A program made the position numbers and the translations under genes. From assembly GCF_009914755.1 (NCBI RefSeq), contig NC_060937.1: a stretch of DNA of 64,000 nucleotides; one strand, given 5' to 3'. Each line of letters begins with the position of its first letter. The first letter of the stretch is position 1. Positions 28,283-42,012 of this stretch are shown one piece after another. This DNA is from the human T2T-CHM13v2.0 reference genome, Homo sapiens. The notes below the pieces were generated by a model. The model was not told where the DNA came from. It was given only the letters and a program-made list of their open reading frames with translations, and did not search any database.

Positions 28283-30113
28283 ACTGCTCATCTTTTAGGT
28301 TTCACTAACTTAAACTTTGGATGAATTGGTACTGAATCTTCTAAGGTTGCCTTTGGCCAAGGAGAGAATGAGGTGGCTACCCGAGTTTCATGAGGTAGGC
28401 TGAGCATTTCTGATAGGGAGACCAGTGTGGAGCAGAAGGGAGCTGTACTGTGCCTGGACAGTGCCAATGATAGCGATCTCCCCTCCTATTTTCTTCTACC
28501 TCAGGAGCAGCACACAAACATGCAACCTAAGCAGGGGTTTTAGAAGGAAGCCATGCTTCCCACTGTGGAACTGGGAACCTCTGGAAGGAAATAATTGATG
28601 CTCTAGGCATCCTAGCACAGCACCTGGCCTTCTCATTCCTGGAAGATTTTTATAGAGAGTGCATAAAACTGGTAAACAACAATCTTCACAGCATAGACCC
28701 TTCTATGTAGGAAAGTTACTATTAATTGGTATTATGTTTCCTTATTGGCATGTAATTGGGAAAGGAGAGCTCCAAGGGGATCCCTGATATGAAACATTAG
28801 TCTCTATTATAAAAACACGTAACTAGAGATGATGGTACCTGTACAAGCAACTCTACACATTTTCGTAATACAGCAAATTACAACATTCTAGCCAAAACAA
28901 CATTTAGATAATGATCAATTCCTATTACGTTGGGACAAATACGAGCCCCAAAGAATGGAAGATAAATTTATCTTTCAGTGGCCTGCATAAATCCCTTAGT
29001 TGGGAGAGGGGAAAGGGATGTGAAATATCACTAAGAAAATCAATATCTTTATTGATTAATCAAGCTACTGTGATTTATTGGGCACTCACTCATTTGTTTG
29101 TTACAGTCATTTCATGCATTGCCTCTGGCTGTGATAAATGGTCTGGCCTCCTCTTTGGCAAAGAGGGAGGCTTTTTAGCTGTCCTTCTAAAAGTGTGGGC
29201 CCTTCCAGATACCTGCAAATTTGCTTCTATGGCAAGTTAAAGCCTACAGACTGCTGTGAAATATGGCCTTGAAAATACCAGATTCACCCAATGTGAGGAG
29301 CCCAAAGAGCAGTGCACATAGACATCAACTCTGGGTGCTTCCAAATGGAAACAGAAAGCTAAAGCAGAAGCGTGCTTGATATCCAGGATATAATTATACT
29401 GACAGGGTTAGGAGCTACTGTCTCAAAATCAGCTGGCATTTTCTGTATATATTGCAGATATTCTCATTAGGATACTAGCAGTCTAATTTCTATAACAGCT
29501 TAGTTATTTTTGTCTCCCAGGTCCTTTTAAACTGCATTCAGTGGACATCATTCCCCTTTGCCTCTAGATGAAAACTGTTGTGAGACATTATTGCTGATCC
29601 TTGAGTAATAAGTAAACTCAGCTTTCTTTAAGCCATTGCAGCAGCAAATGCAATAAAAAGAATGTCCAGTCCAAGATATCAAAAGGCCATAGTTGACTTA
29701 GTATTATATCTTCTCCCTTTCCCGCAAAGGGAAGGAAGTATGACACTTCTCTGCAACTTCACCTTAGGAACTTCTGCCCCTACTCCACATCAAGCTGCTG
29801 TTTCACTCCAGGCCAGAGGCAAAGCAAAAGGGCGTGAGGATAGATCAGTTATGCCTCGGTTGAGTGGCTTTCCACACCCTCGCCTGCCAGGTGGTGAAAG
29901 CTGTAACCCTGGGTGGTACCCTACATACTGATAAAGGTGACTTTCTCCCTCCAGGGAGGCTTACATGGGCTTCAGAGGTTCCCTGCTAGATCCTGCTGTC
30001 CTATAATTGCACTGCCACTAGGCCAAATAAATATCTATTCTAAGATGCCACTCCTGAGTAAACTTCAAAATGCTTTCTTTCTCAATTCATTAGTATACTT
30101 TAAAATACTTCCT

Positions 30114-30434
30114 AGCTGGGCACGGTGGCTCCTGCCTATAATCCCAGCACTTTGGGAGGCCAAGGCAGGCAGATCATTTGAGTCCAAGAGTTCAAGACCA
30201 GCCTGGGCAACATGGCAAAACTCCATCTCTACAAAAAATGCAAAAATTAGCCAGGAAAATGCAAAAATTAGCCAGGCATGGTGGCGTGTGCCTGTAGTCC
30301 CAGCTACTTGGGAGGCTGAGGTTGGAGGATTGCTTGAGCTCTGGAGTGGAGACCAAGGTAGCAATGAGCTGAGATCACGCCACTGCACTCCAGCCAGGGT
30401 GACAGAGTGAGACCCCCATTTCCCAAAAAAGAAA
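30114..30434 (+). mobile_element. AluJ with a 21-bp linker duplication
   Basis: J-type diagnostics; aaaatgcaaaaattagccagg at 30235-30255 and 30256-30276. Confidence 0.9.
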
Positions 30435-30689
30435 TACACTTTCTACTGATGTTCCCTCATTGCTCCAGGTGGCCCTCCTGGACAGGACTCAAGACAACCC
30501 AATGTCTGCTCTCTCTCCCATGTGAGGAGGCCCACAGGAAACACTCAGGCCACCCTTCCCTTCCAAGTGCTGGAAATGCAGTTCAATCCCAGCACAACAC
30601 CTAGGTAACCAACCATCCTAGTTTGTCCCAAACTGTACCCATTTTACTACTGAAAGTCCCATGTCCCAGACAACTCCTCAGTCCTAGGC

Positions 30690-30835
30690 AAATGGCTTTC
30701 TTAGCTGCACCTTCAGCTTTCACTTCTGATTGCCTCCTACAGTCAGACCCACCCAAGACTATAATCCACTTGAGCTTTCTCAAGCCTAAGCCTGGCTCCA
30801 GTCCTCTGCATGTCCCAACCACAAGACATGTCTTT
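30690..30835 (+). mobile_element. L2 fragment
   Basis: 'ttgcctcctacagtcagacccacccaagactataatccacttgagctttct'. Confidence 0.45.
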
Positions 30836-32393
30836 CAAAGCTCAAACAGGATCCTCCTGAAAGACCTTCTCTTTTGGCTTGGGAATAGAAGGCAGCATCT
30901 TCCACCCTTTGCCCAAGGGGCACCTTACACATATCCAAAGAGGGCCACCATGAGCCCAGAGAACTTTTTGATTTACAAGATTACCCTAGGAGTTGAACTG
31001 TTGTGTTGAAAGTATTTTCCTGGAAACATATTTATTTCCAGTTAAGTTCAATTAAGTAGAAAGTTTTTATCTTGTTTTATTTCTATGACACAGATTCAGC
31101 CTTTTGCATTCAAGAAGATACAGTAATATACACTTCTGTGCCTTGATCCGTTCCTGAAATAGTCTCCTGGTATCTAAAGTTGCACTTCCTACTTTCCAGC
31201 TGTCTACTGGTGGCCATGGACAAGCCCTGAGGACCAATTGTGGATCACTAAGTCTCCTTCCTCTCACAACATAGAATAACCCAACAGACCCCATGAAGTC
31301 ATCATCATGGTACCAAACTAACTGGAACTGGGGTAGTGGCTGGATTTGGTGCTAGAGATGACACATGGACCCAGAACATGACAGGGAGAGAGACTCCTTA
31401 TATAAATAACAATTTGGTGCCACCATCCAGAATGTTACAACTATTACTTCTCCATAGACCAAATACTTCTGCTCCTTCCCATTTCACATCATTACTCAGC
31501 TCAGTTGAAGTTTTTTTTTTTTTTTTAATGTCTCTTTCAGCCACTCTTTTTGTCATACAGCTGGTAAAACAGCTCTGCTACAACTATACAGACATATGGG
31601 TTTCTGGAACTAACTTACAACTCCCCTTAAATTTCTGCACTCAGTCAAAGGCAGAACTATTTCATTCTATAGACATGGGGCCCTTTGCCATCAAGATTGA
31701 CTTGAGAGTTTCCATGTGAAATTTCCCCTGTAGCAACTCAAATCTCCCAAACAGCAGTGTTCTGGATGTCCCGCATGTAATTCTTCAACTTCTTTTATTC
31801 TGGGCTCATAGCCAAATTCCCACATTTCATGACTTTATGCCTTCCACCCTAAACATCTGTTCCTGCTTTAGGATTTCTTTCTAATGGGTTGATTGCTCAA
31901 ATCCTGCCAATCAGGAACAACTCTTCCTGATTCTTCCCAAGCTGTTTGCTTCTGCAAAGAAAAACCTCCAAACTGTTTTTCAACTACCTACTTCAGCATC
32001 CTTATCAAGTGCTTCAATTTGCCTCTCCAAGACTATCACACCTGCCCTCAGGAGGCCGCTAGTCCAGACATCTCATTTGGGCACATAGCTCTTCCTGGGC
32101 AGTGTTAACATAGAATAACAGAATATCAGCAATTAAAATACATTTCAATTATTTGCAGCTAGAGGAAGATAATCTCAATTTCACATATGAGTTTACAAAA
32201 GGAGTAATACGCAACAGAGCTGGTGCCAGAGTTTATATGCCCAGTGGGTAGTGTAATGATTCATTTTCCTCCACCCACCATTAATATAAGCTGATGTCAT
32301 CATGACCCCAGCCTATTTCTTGACTTGGCTGGACAGAAAACAGGAATGTCTAGGTGTCTGTCCACTGAGTGCACAGACACTGGACATCTGCTT

Positions 32394-32482
32394 TAAGTCT
32401 TTCACCTGAGGGTATTTTCCTTTTCTTTGCAGTTATTGGGGGTGTGCAAAGAAAAGGAAAATGTCCTCTGGTGAAAGGCTTA
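32394..32482. repeat. Long inverted repeat (38-bp arms, 13-nt loop)
   Basis: Arms 32394-32431 and 32445-32482; 34 of 38 positions are Watson-Crick pairs. Confidence 0.9.
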
Positions 32483-32659
32483 TAGCTAAAGACTAGGAGT
32501 TAACTTATAGTTAAAGAACAGAGGGTTACAGAACTTTAGCCCATAGGTGGTACTGCTCATTGATGGCCTCTGAGTGGAAACACCTCCACTAAGATCAAAG
32601 AAGAGATGTGGGCTGCTGTGCATTGTGCATGCCAGTGTATTTAGTCCAGTCTCTCATGC

Positions 32660-32946
32660 TTACTTCCCCGGGGAAGGCTTCCTTGACTATTCACTATAGC
32701 CCCAGACTGTTCTTTCCACATTCCTATATGTTTCTTCCTGTGTGTTCCTATAACAACTCTACTTGCCTTATCAAAAGATCTATCACACTTTGTTATAATT
32801 GCTTGTTTCATATCAGTCTGCCTGACTCCAGAATGGCTTTTAAGCAAGAAACATGTTTGCCTTGGTTGCTGCTACATTCTTCAGCACTCTGCATACTTCC
32901 TGACAAATGGCACAGTACAATACTATTTGATGAATGAACGGATGAA
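32660..32946 (+). mobile_element. L2 3' end
   Basis: 'gggaaggcttccttgact...' ending 'tatttgatgaatgaacggatgaa'. Confidence 0.8.
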
Positions 32947-34689
32947 AACAACTGTGAATTAACTGATAACTGCCATAGATGTGCAGGGTATTAGAACCGA
33001 ATTTTCACTTCACTGTGATCATTTGATTTTAAGAGCATATAAGTAAATAATATGCTATTGAATCGATACAATCATCCATCATATGTTGATTCCTTAAACT
33101 CACCTGTCCCATCAGGTAAATCAAAAACAAAACATGAATCTAACTATTATGAAAACTATATCCTGAAAACTATAACCAGTTTACAAATGCTCACTTTGTC
33201 CTATAGAGACTGAAACTCTAGTAATGTGAAGTTACACTTGGATGGACACAGTTCTTGACTTAATTTTTCATTTAATTTTTAAAATATACTCCAAAGCCAT
33301 AAGTGAGGACTAAGTTGCAACTGCTCAGTCTTTTCTTCATAAGAGTTTTTCTTGAAGATTTTATTACATCTGGAAATTTTCACCTAGTAATAATTTGTTT
33401 CCATGAGTTCAGAAAGACAAAAATTAATACTGGCAGCCCCATGAAAAGGTGGCAGCCACTTGCCCACCTGACTGCATGGAAATCCAATGCATGCTCACTC
33501 CAGGGCTGCTTCATCTACAGACGGGACAGAAATGCTCTCAGAGCCTGAACATGTTTCAAAAGAGGGAAATGTGCTTCATTACTCCTTTTAATGTCTTTTC
33601 CCACCTTTCTCTCTCCCCAGTCTTTCCGGAAGAGCTGGGGAAAGTTGATCTCTTACGCATTTGCATATTTGTTAATTTGAGATCCTGTCTTACATTTAAA
33701 AGTTACAAGAGCAGCCAGCATTAATTTGAACTGATCCTATAAAGACATATTTTTCCCTGCTTTTGGCTTTGGAATGGCACGACTTTCCTTTTGTGGATAG
33801 ATTATGTGTTAAATGACCTACAGCAGATTGTTAAATAACATCCGCTTCACTTGAAGAATTCTGCAGGGATTGAAAAAGTCACCCTAAAGGCATTTTGTAC
33901 TCTTGCTTCCTTTAGGTCCACTTTGGCCAACAGCTAAGAGTTTCCTCAGGACTCCGAAATCAGTGGTTACTGACATCTCTTCACCAACTAAGCAGTCAAC
34001 CTTGATTGAAATTAACACCATTTAAAGATAAAAACCTGATATGCCTATCTTAGGAGAACGTTGTTATATGCATTTGTTTCTGGATTGGATTTGCCCCTGC
34101 TGTTTTAAAGTGTTCTCAAATGTTCTGCTCATGACCCTTCTCATCAAAGATGTGGTTTAAGAACATAAATCAATGAGGTTGTGTGATATGGAGAACTGCC
34201 TCTGGTAACCACAAACATGTTCCCATTGAGGAGGTAGGAATTATTTTTGTTATTAACTGTAATAATTATCTGCATTAATAATTTTGTAAAATTAAGAACA
34301 CTAAATTGTGTTTAGCAGCTGTTTCAAGATTTAGTAGTAAAGGTCTTTTTAAAAAATCAGTTTTACTCCACTTGCATTATTATTCTAAGAGCCACAGAAC
34401 AACCAGCCTAGAATCACTGCAAGTCTGATCAAAATCATTAAGTCAGCAGAATCAACTTTCATATTAGTATAATGGGAAATTATATTGTGTATAATAGTTG
34501 TCATAAGTCAAGAGAGGGGTCTTTGCATTGGATATAACTCATTCATCTGACAGGCTTATGTCTCCATCAGCAAAGATCAAGATGGACAGCCAGAATTCTG
34601 GAAAACTCTCCTCCCCAACACTTGTAGCCCAGCCACCATTAACTATCTGGGATCATCGAGACAGTCTATCATGTCAGTCCCCACGAGAT

Positions 34690-35290
34690 GCCTAGGATAC
34701 TCGGGCCATCCCTTATCCCCAAGACTCTCATCATCAGTTGGCTCATTCCCACCCTGTGGTCTTCCCAAATCTCTGCACCTTCATTCTCAGCAATGACCCT
34801 GCTTCTGATCTTGCTAAGAATTGAAGCAATTTGAAGAGAGCTCCACGAGCTCCCAGCATCATATCTATCCATTCTCCTGCACTTGGGCCCAGATGCTCTG
34901 CTCTCTTTCCTATTCCTGTGTTCTTTCCATGCTCCTGAAGTAGGCAACGCCCTCAATAACTTATGTGCTCCATCCCTCTCTCATTTACCTAAGATCATTC
35001 CTCTAGTAACTCTCTTTCTTTTGCATTATCAACGTATCATTCTTATCTTTTTTCGCACTAACATACAAAATACTATATTTCTCCCACTATAAAGCAAAGA
35101 CCACCCTCTCCTGATCCCACTTTACCCTCCAGCTGCTGCCCATCTTTTTCCTCCCTTTACCGCAAAGCTCCTCCAATTATTTGTCAAACTCACTGTCTTC
35201 TCCTTTTGCACTTAAGCCTATTGCAATCCAGATTTTGCTCCAACTTCACAAAAATTATACTTGTTAATGTCACCTATGTGTTCTATCATA
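34690..35290 (+). mobile_element. L2 internal fragment
   Basis: Pyrimidine-rich L2 body 'ttctcagcaatgaccctgcttc', 'ctattgcaatccagattttgctcc'. Confidence 0.7.
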
Positions 35291-35798
35291 TTTTCCAAAG
35301 CTTTTGGGATCATTCTTACCAATAAGTAAGCCATTTGTGTGACTTGAGGAACACTGAAAGAATCCATTGTCCATCTTGATAAATTTAAAATTATCTCTTT
35401 TAAACCTCCCCTCTTCAAATGATGCAAGATCATCCCATATTTGCAATTCCCTGCAATTTCTTACATAGCTTGGCAGGTATATAGGTCAATTAATAACATC
35501 CTGAAAAATGGAAAAATGAATTTACTCCATTCTGTGCCTGTTAGTGCAAATATACAATGAAAAGGAGTGATGGAGCACATGAGGCAGCCTACATGTTGGC
35601 ATGTAAACTTCTTCCTGCCATATGGGGCAGTCTTCAAAAAGGCAACATTAATTTATGTGAACAGATTTGTGTCATTGTCTCTCTTAGGAAAAGGGGCCAG
35701 AAAAACATCACTTTTGTTCAAAAATATTCCCCAACCCTAGCCAGACCTACAATTGACTGCAATGCTAAGTATTCATCTTTAAAAGTTAGAACACTGCT

Positions 35799-35862
35799 AT
35801 CCAAAAAGGTAATCAGTTATCTAGCCAGCCATCCAAGAAGGTAATCAGTTATCTAGCCAGCA
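35799..35862 (+). repeat. 32-bp tandem duplication
   Basis: atccaa(a/g)aaggtaatcagttatctagccagc twice. Confidence 0.95.
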
Positions 35863-36904
35863 CATTGACAGATTACTTAAAGTAATTAATAAGCCATTTC
35901 CACCCATTAACACATTATTGGAGAATGAGATCTAGAGGAAGAAAATATATGTTGAGAGATGAGAAGAACCCAAATGGGTGGAGACCACAATGAGGAGGGA
36001 GGAGGCTGTTGGAGTGTGGGGTGCCATGTCACTTGGAGAGAGGGTTTGGCTGGCCTTGGCATCTGAGGGGTGGACACCATGAAGGACTGTGAAGGAGAAA
36101 TGTTAAAAAGAAGTGGTAGAAGAGTACCTCAGGCCCTGTGCTTTCTTCACAACTTTGCCCAAAAGTAATTCTGTTTTTAACATGTTTGACTTTCCATTTT
36201 TGCCTCTTAATGCAGTTGTCCTATTTTAACACTCCCGAGAAGATTAACTCTTCATAGACACTATAACCCTCAGAACTTTTGTAGTGCCTTTTGTGGAGAA
36301 AATAATGAGACAGTGAGTTTGGTTATATTTCTTGACTCAAACTGGCTTTTGATCATCCTTCTCCCATGTAAACATCTCTTGTGTAAGTTTGAAATGTGTC
36401 CCTACTTCTCTCTTTTGGTCTTTGAGTCTAGCTTCCATTTATTTTGCTCAAACATTGTCTTCTTTTTCTTTGGATGAAAATTCTTTACCTTCACCTTATT
36501 CTTCTCTAATTTAACAATTTTCCTTTAATCTGTATATATTTCTTCTTTCTCCCAAATTACCTGTACTAGTTAAGCAAGTGGTTCTTATAAAGCCAATGCA
36601 TTCTTAATTGCTGGTATGTTGACTGCTCTCATCTCGGCTGGTAATACAGGTGATTACTGAAAAATTACATAAAATTATTGGGGCCATTCCTGGAATCAGG
36701 ACAGAGATTATTTCCTAAGAATTTCAGTTTTAACCCTGACCACAGTAGAAGACAGAGCTGAGATCTTAAAAGGCTAAAGCCAAAGGGAAATTTAGAAGTT
36801 ACTGTCACAGACCAACGACCTCATCATGCAGATAACAAGATGGATACCCAGAGAGTTTCCAGAGTTTTAAGGCTAAACTCTTGCAGATGTTGTTACTAGG
36901 GAAT

Positions 36905-37253
36905 TTTCTTGGGTCAGAGGCCCCAAAAGCAAATTCTGAGACAATGACTCATGTGCAAATGATAGAGTAAAGAAATATACCCAAAAGAAGCTGCTGAGGT
37001 CAGTAAATAAGGCCTGGCTGGTAAAGAGGGAGGGATGGGGGCAGTGGGGAGCACAATTTCCCAGGCCCTTCTGGTTCTCTGTGTATGTGCAGACAAAGCA
37101 GCTCCAGGAGCCGACAGTCTGCAGAAGGCAGTCTGAAGGTGTGGGCCATTAGAAGCAAGAGCACACAGGAGCTGGGGGCAGCTGCAAACAGAAGGAAAAG
37201 AGACCCACGGGAATCTGGGCAGAGCATCAACAGTGTCTGCTCTAGGAATTCTG
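36905..37253 (-). mobile_element. ERVL LTR (LTR16/LTR67B-like)
   Basis: 'aagcaaattctgagacaatgactcatgtgcaaatgat' and 'gggaatctgggcagagcatcaacagtgtctgct'. Confidence 0.6.
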
Positions 37254-37464
37254 TCTCTAACTCCACAGGTGCCATCCTATAGGAATGGGATGGGAGAAGG
37301 ATATTTTCCTCCTTTTGTACCTTCACAGGACTTTTGCAATTACCTTGTAGTATTTTACTTTTAAAAAACATACCCAAATTTCACCTTGACCCTATTATTT
37401 TCCTGCTGTGGCTTCTTTTTGGTTAGAAGGTCAAGCCCATACACTTTAGCCTGACATTCAAGGC

Positions 37465-37828
37465 TGATATGGTTTGGCTGTGTCCCCACCCAAATCTCAT
37501 CTTGAATTGTAACTCTCATAATTCCCATGTGTCATGGGAGGTACCCGGTGGGAAGTAATTGAATCATGGGGGTGGGTCTTTCTGGTACTGTTCTCATGAT
37601 AATGAATAAGTCTCACGAGATCTGATGGTTTTATAAAGGGCACTTCCCCTGCATACTCTCTCTTGCCTACTGCCATGTAAGACATGCCTTTGCTCCTCCT
37701 TTGCCTTCCACCATGATTTTGAGGCCTCCCCAGCCATGTGGAACTGTGAGTCCATTAAACCTCTTTTTCTTTATAAATTACCCAGTCTCTAGCATTTCTC
37801 CATAGCAGTATGAAAATGGACTAATTCA
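37465..37828 (+). mobile_element. THE1B-like solo LTR inserted in an L2
   Basis: 'tgatatggtttggctgtgtccccacccaaatctc...ggactaattca'; perfect 5-bp TSD aaggc at 37460-37464 and 37829-37833. Confidence 0.93.
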
Positions 37829-38184
37829 AAGGCCTTCAAGAATACTATTTTAAACTTCATTTAAAGCCTACCTTCCACACCAAGAAAAGATGTTGTATTT
37901 GAGCCATTGTTTGGCTGCCCTCTTACATATGACACCTCTCCACCTCCATTATTTTCTCACACCCACCAGCCTCCCAGCACAGCTCAATCAGCAATTCTTC
38001 ATCAACCTAAACTGATCATTCAAAATCTCACTAAGCCTATGTATTTTGCACAGTCCTTTCTGACCACACTTGCTTGAAGTAATACCACCTTCCTCTCAGT
38101 TCCCATTACAAGCTTTGTCTAAACTATGCATTTTGCAAAACTGTTCTGTGAAATCTCTTCTACTGGGTTCTTCAGCCATGTTAT

Positions 38185-38815
38185 TTTTATTAATGGGCTT
38201 TACATTTTTAGAGTAGTTTTAGTTTTACAGAAAATTGAACAAAGTACAGAGTGTTCCCTCTCTCCCCTGCCCTCAGTTTCTCTTATGATTAGCATCTTGT
38301 ACTACCATGGTACAGTTGTTACAGTAGATGAGCCAATACTGATACATGACTGTTAACTAAAGTCCATAGCTTACATTAAGATTCACTCCAGGTGCTGTCC
38401 AGTTCTATGGGTTTTGACAAATGCATAATGTCATGTATCCACCATTACATTTTCAGGGAGAATGTAATAATTTCCCTGTTCTAAAAGTCCCCTGTCCTGG
38501 CCAACATGGTGAAATGCTGTCTCTACTAAAAATACAAAAATTAGCTGGGCGTGGTGGCACGTGCCTGTAATCCCAGCTACTCAAGAGGCTGAGGCAGGAG
38601 AATCACTTTAACCCAGGAGGCAGAGGTTGCAGTAAGCCAAGATCGTGCCACTGCACTCCAGCCTGGGTGACAGAGTGAGACTCCATCTCAAAAAAAAAAA
38701 AAAAAAAGAAAATTCCCTGTGCTTCACTTGTGCATCCTCCTTCTCTCCCCTCGGTCCACTGGCAACCACTGATCTTTTTCCTGTCTCTATAGTTTCATCT
38801 TTTCCAAAATGTCTT
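38185..38815 (-). mobile_element. L1MC1-like 3' end interrupted by an Alu
   Basis: 'gagccaatactgatacatgactgttaactaaagtccatag', 'ctggcaaccactgatc'. Confidence 0.8.
38496..38709 (+). mobile_element. 5'-truncated AluS
   Basis: Starts at 'cctggccaacatggtgaaa'; poly-A tail; degenerate TSD aaaagtcccctgt/aaaattccctgt. Confidence 0.92.
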
Positions 38816-40919
38816 ATTCAGCTATTTTTAAATCTCTCACTACTATTCAAGAGTGTATGCATTTGTGTCTTGTTTCCCCTTATAGTTGGGAAACTTCTCA
38901 TTACATTCCCATTAGCAATTACTAGGACATCACATGCACTGTAGATCTTAGTAAGTGCACGTTGTTTATTTGAATGAACATCACATCAGTTTTCATTTTT
39001 CTTTAGGAAAATTATTAAAATATCTACATCTCTTTAAAAAGGTAATAGTTTTAAAAATTAAACCGTTTTTACTCTTTCTAGTTTAAATGTTTCTTAACAG
39101 ATTAGGGGTTTCATCTCAATTTGCAATTGGGACTTAATATGCCCTTGATTTCCGGAAACTGTGTTTTTAACATGTGGGTTGAGGGTTGAGTGCGGGACTG
39201 AAGCTTGGCATAAATGCTTTGTACAATTCACAGCTGTGAGGTTTCACAGTCATTGAGGTTCCTCCCAGCCATCTCAATGTGTGCTTCTCCTCACACAGCA
39301 AAGACTACAGTCAATGAACCCAATGGACACATTTGTTTCCACATCTATTTCAACAGGCTCGATTTTGAAAAATATTCAGGAAATTTCTTTTTAAAGAAAG
39401 AAAAAACTGATGTGATTTCTCCACTGATAATTGATAAGATAGTATTTTCCTCTCATAGCAAAACTTCCACAAAAATACAAATCTATCAGATGTCAAATTT
39501 TTTACAGGAACTCCCTAATTAAGAAATTTGTTTTAGGAAAGGGTGAATTCTAATCCTTCCAGCTATAAAGACAATTTCACAAGAACTGGGGAGAGCCAGG
39601 ATGGTCAAATGAAAACCAAAAACAAAAGTGAAGAAAAAACACTGCTTTATGCAAGAAGCATTTCAACACCAGAAACCAGGCAGCAACTTCCCTCTCCCTT
39701 GCAAGTTTTCCACTTTTGTCATCATGTGTTCACAGCACCCTCCTGTTCTGAATATCCTCTGCACCACCCCAAATGGGTAAGGAGATTCCTCACAACTGAC
39801 CAGGCATATAGGCTCCAGCTGGCTTCTTTCACCCTTCCAAGTGCCTGCTAGGGTGAGGGATGCCTACCCAGGAAATCTAAAGAAGACCTTTGTCTTCAGC
39901 CATATCTTCATTTATATCTGATGTCTTGATTGAGCCCTTTCCAGACCATTTCTAGGCTTTTGGCCTCCTTTCGTTATTTATGCACCAATTAATTCACGTG
40001 GCTAAAAGCAAGACAAGAACCACAAAATAAATGTCATTCTACTAGTTTTTATTTCATATTGTTAAGCTTCTTTTAAGAACTGCCTGTGTTTTGTATTCCA
40101 GAGATTCTTGGTTTTGGCAGAGGCAAAGTTCCAATGAATACACGGACTCTGTTACCAGCCTGGGAACGAGATGGATAAATTTGTTTTCAACTTTATCCCT
40201 GGCATCAGTTTTGCCCTAGAGTCTGTTCATACAGTGTCTGGGGAATCTGTGTCGTATGGCTGACAATTTTGACTTTCATAAAAAGCTGAGATGATTGTTT
40301 CCATGTACAGTATTACAACTGTAAGGACAAAATGCAGTTTTCCAAAACTGCCATTTTTCTTATTTTCTAACATACTTTTGAATTAAACCATCATAGTTTA
40401 CCGATCAGAATTGCTCTGCCAAGTTATGTACAGTTGTAACTATATATTGCTACACTAATGGAACCTCAAACCATGGCATAGTCCTATTGGAACAAAAGCA
40501 GCTTTCCTCATTGTGTGAATTTTACCTCAATAATAAGCCTCTGTGCACCAAATTGATTAGATTTCTTGTAAAAGAATAGCTGCCGTTGCAAATCCAAAAT
40601 AATAGATGGTTGACATGTGACACTAATAGTAGCCAATAAAACAGCTACAGGAAAATTTTCCCAAATGATTTGTAAATTGATTATCTATAATACCTTATGA
40701 TAAATTGACCCATAATGTCATCTGATGGCTATTTATTTAGGTAGAAATTCAGCCTGGGGAATTTGAGAAACAAAATCCCAGCACTGCAATGATGATGGTA
40801 ATACATTTCAGTCTACTAGAATAGCAGATATTAGTGTGGTTTAGTAAGCTTTGTCTTTGCCCATATGTCCTAAAACAGGACTTTTACTAATATTAAGTAA
40901 GGTCAAGAGAGAAATCTAT

Positions 40920-41350
40920 TCTGAGTATCAACTTGATGGGTTCTCCAGAAGCATCTCAAACAGCAATCATCTTCCCATCCCACCAAAAAAAAAAAAAAAA
41001 TCAACTTCTTGACTTTCCTATCTCATTAATAAGACTAGCATTAGCCTAGATGTCCAGGGCAAAAATGAGTTATCTTCAAGTTCTCCTTTCCAGTTAACTT
41101 GCAATTCAATTGTCACTGAGACCAATTTGTTCTTTCTTCTCATTGTCTCTTTCTCACATTTTTTTCTTTGCATTTCCACAACCCAAAGACAATCAGAGTC
41201 ATTATTCTGCATTCTCGATACTGCGGTCCTGCTTCATGTGGCCTCTATGACTCTAGCCTTCTCCTCCATTCAGCCTTATGAATCCCACACAAATCTTCTG
41301 TAAGTTCTGCTTCAAGGGGTCACTCCCCTGTTCACAACACTTCAATGAGT
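40920..41350 (+). mobile_element. L2 fragment
   Basis: 'gggttctccagaagcatctcaaac', 'gagttatcttcaagttctcc'; appears to continue after the MST LTR. Confidence 0.65.
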
Positions 41351-41353
41351 CTC

Positions 41354-41769
41354 TGTATTAGGCTGTTCTTGCATTGCTATGAAGAAATATTTGAGATGGG
41401 GTAATTTATTTAAAAATAGGTTTAACTGGCGCATGGTTCTTCAGGCTGTGCAAGCATTGCACCAACATCACTCAGCTTCTTGGGGGGCCTCAGGGAGCTT
41501 TTATTCTTGGTGGAAGGCAAAGCGGGAGCAGGAACATCACATGGTGAAAGCAGAAGCAAGAGAGAGAGGGGGAGGTGCCACACACTTGTAAACAACCAGA
41601 TCTCATGAGAACTTACTATCATGAGAACAGCATCAAGGGGATAGTGCTAAACCATTCCTGAGAAACTCACCTCCATGATCCAATCACCTCCCACCACGCC
41701 CCACCTCCCACACTGGGGATTACAATTCAATGTGAGATTTGGGCAGGGACACATATTGAAACTATATCA
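41354..41769 (-). mobile_element. MSTA/MSTB solo LTR
   Basis: 'tgtattaggctgttcttgcattgctatgaag...aaactatatca'; TSD gtctc/gtttc. Confidence 0.9.
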
Positions 41770-42012
41770 GTTTCTATTGCCAAGAACAACAATTTTCCAA
41801 CTGTTTTCTGCTATGAGACATATGTGTGTGCCATTCAAGCTGGAACATAAGTAGGATATGGAATCTGGCTCCAACACCTTACTCTATATATATTATCTCC
41901 TTCCTGTGCCTCCAGTCAGAATTGGTTCCTCCTCCTTGTGCATTCCTATTTTATTCTACTCATGTGGAACCCTTCACCTATTGCTGTACATTGACAACAT
42001 TTATGTTTGTAT

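Noticed and set aside
29913-30439. Overlapping 165-aa and 124-aa ORFs
   Set aside because: Typical Alu-derived peptides.
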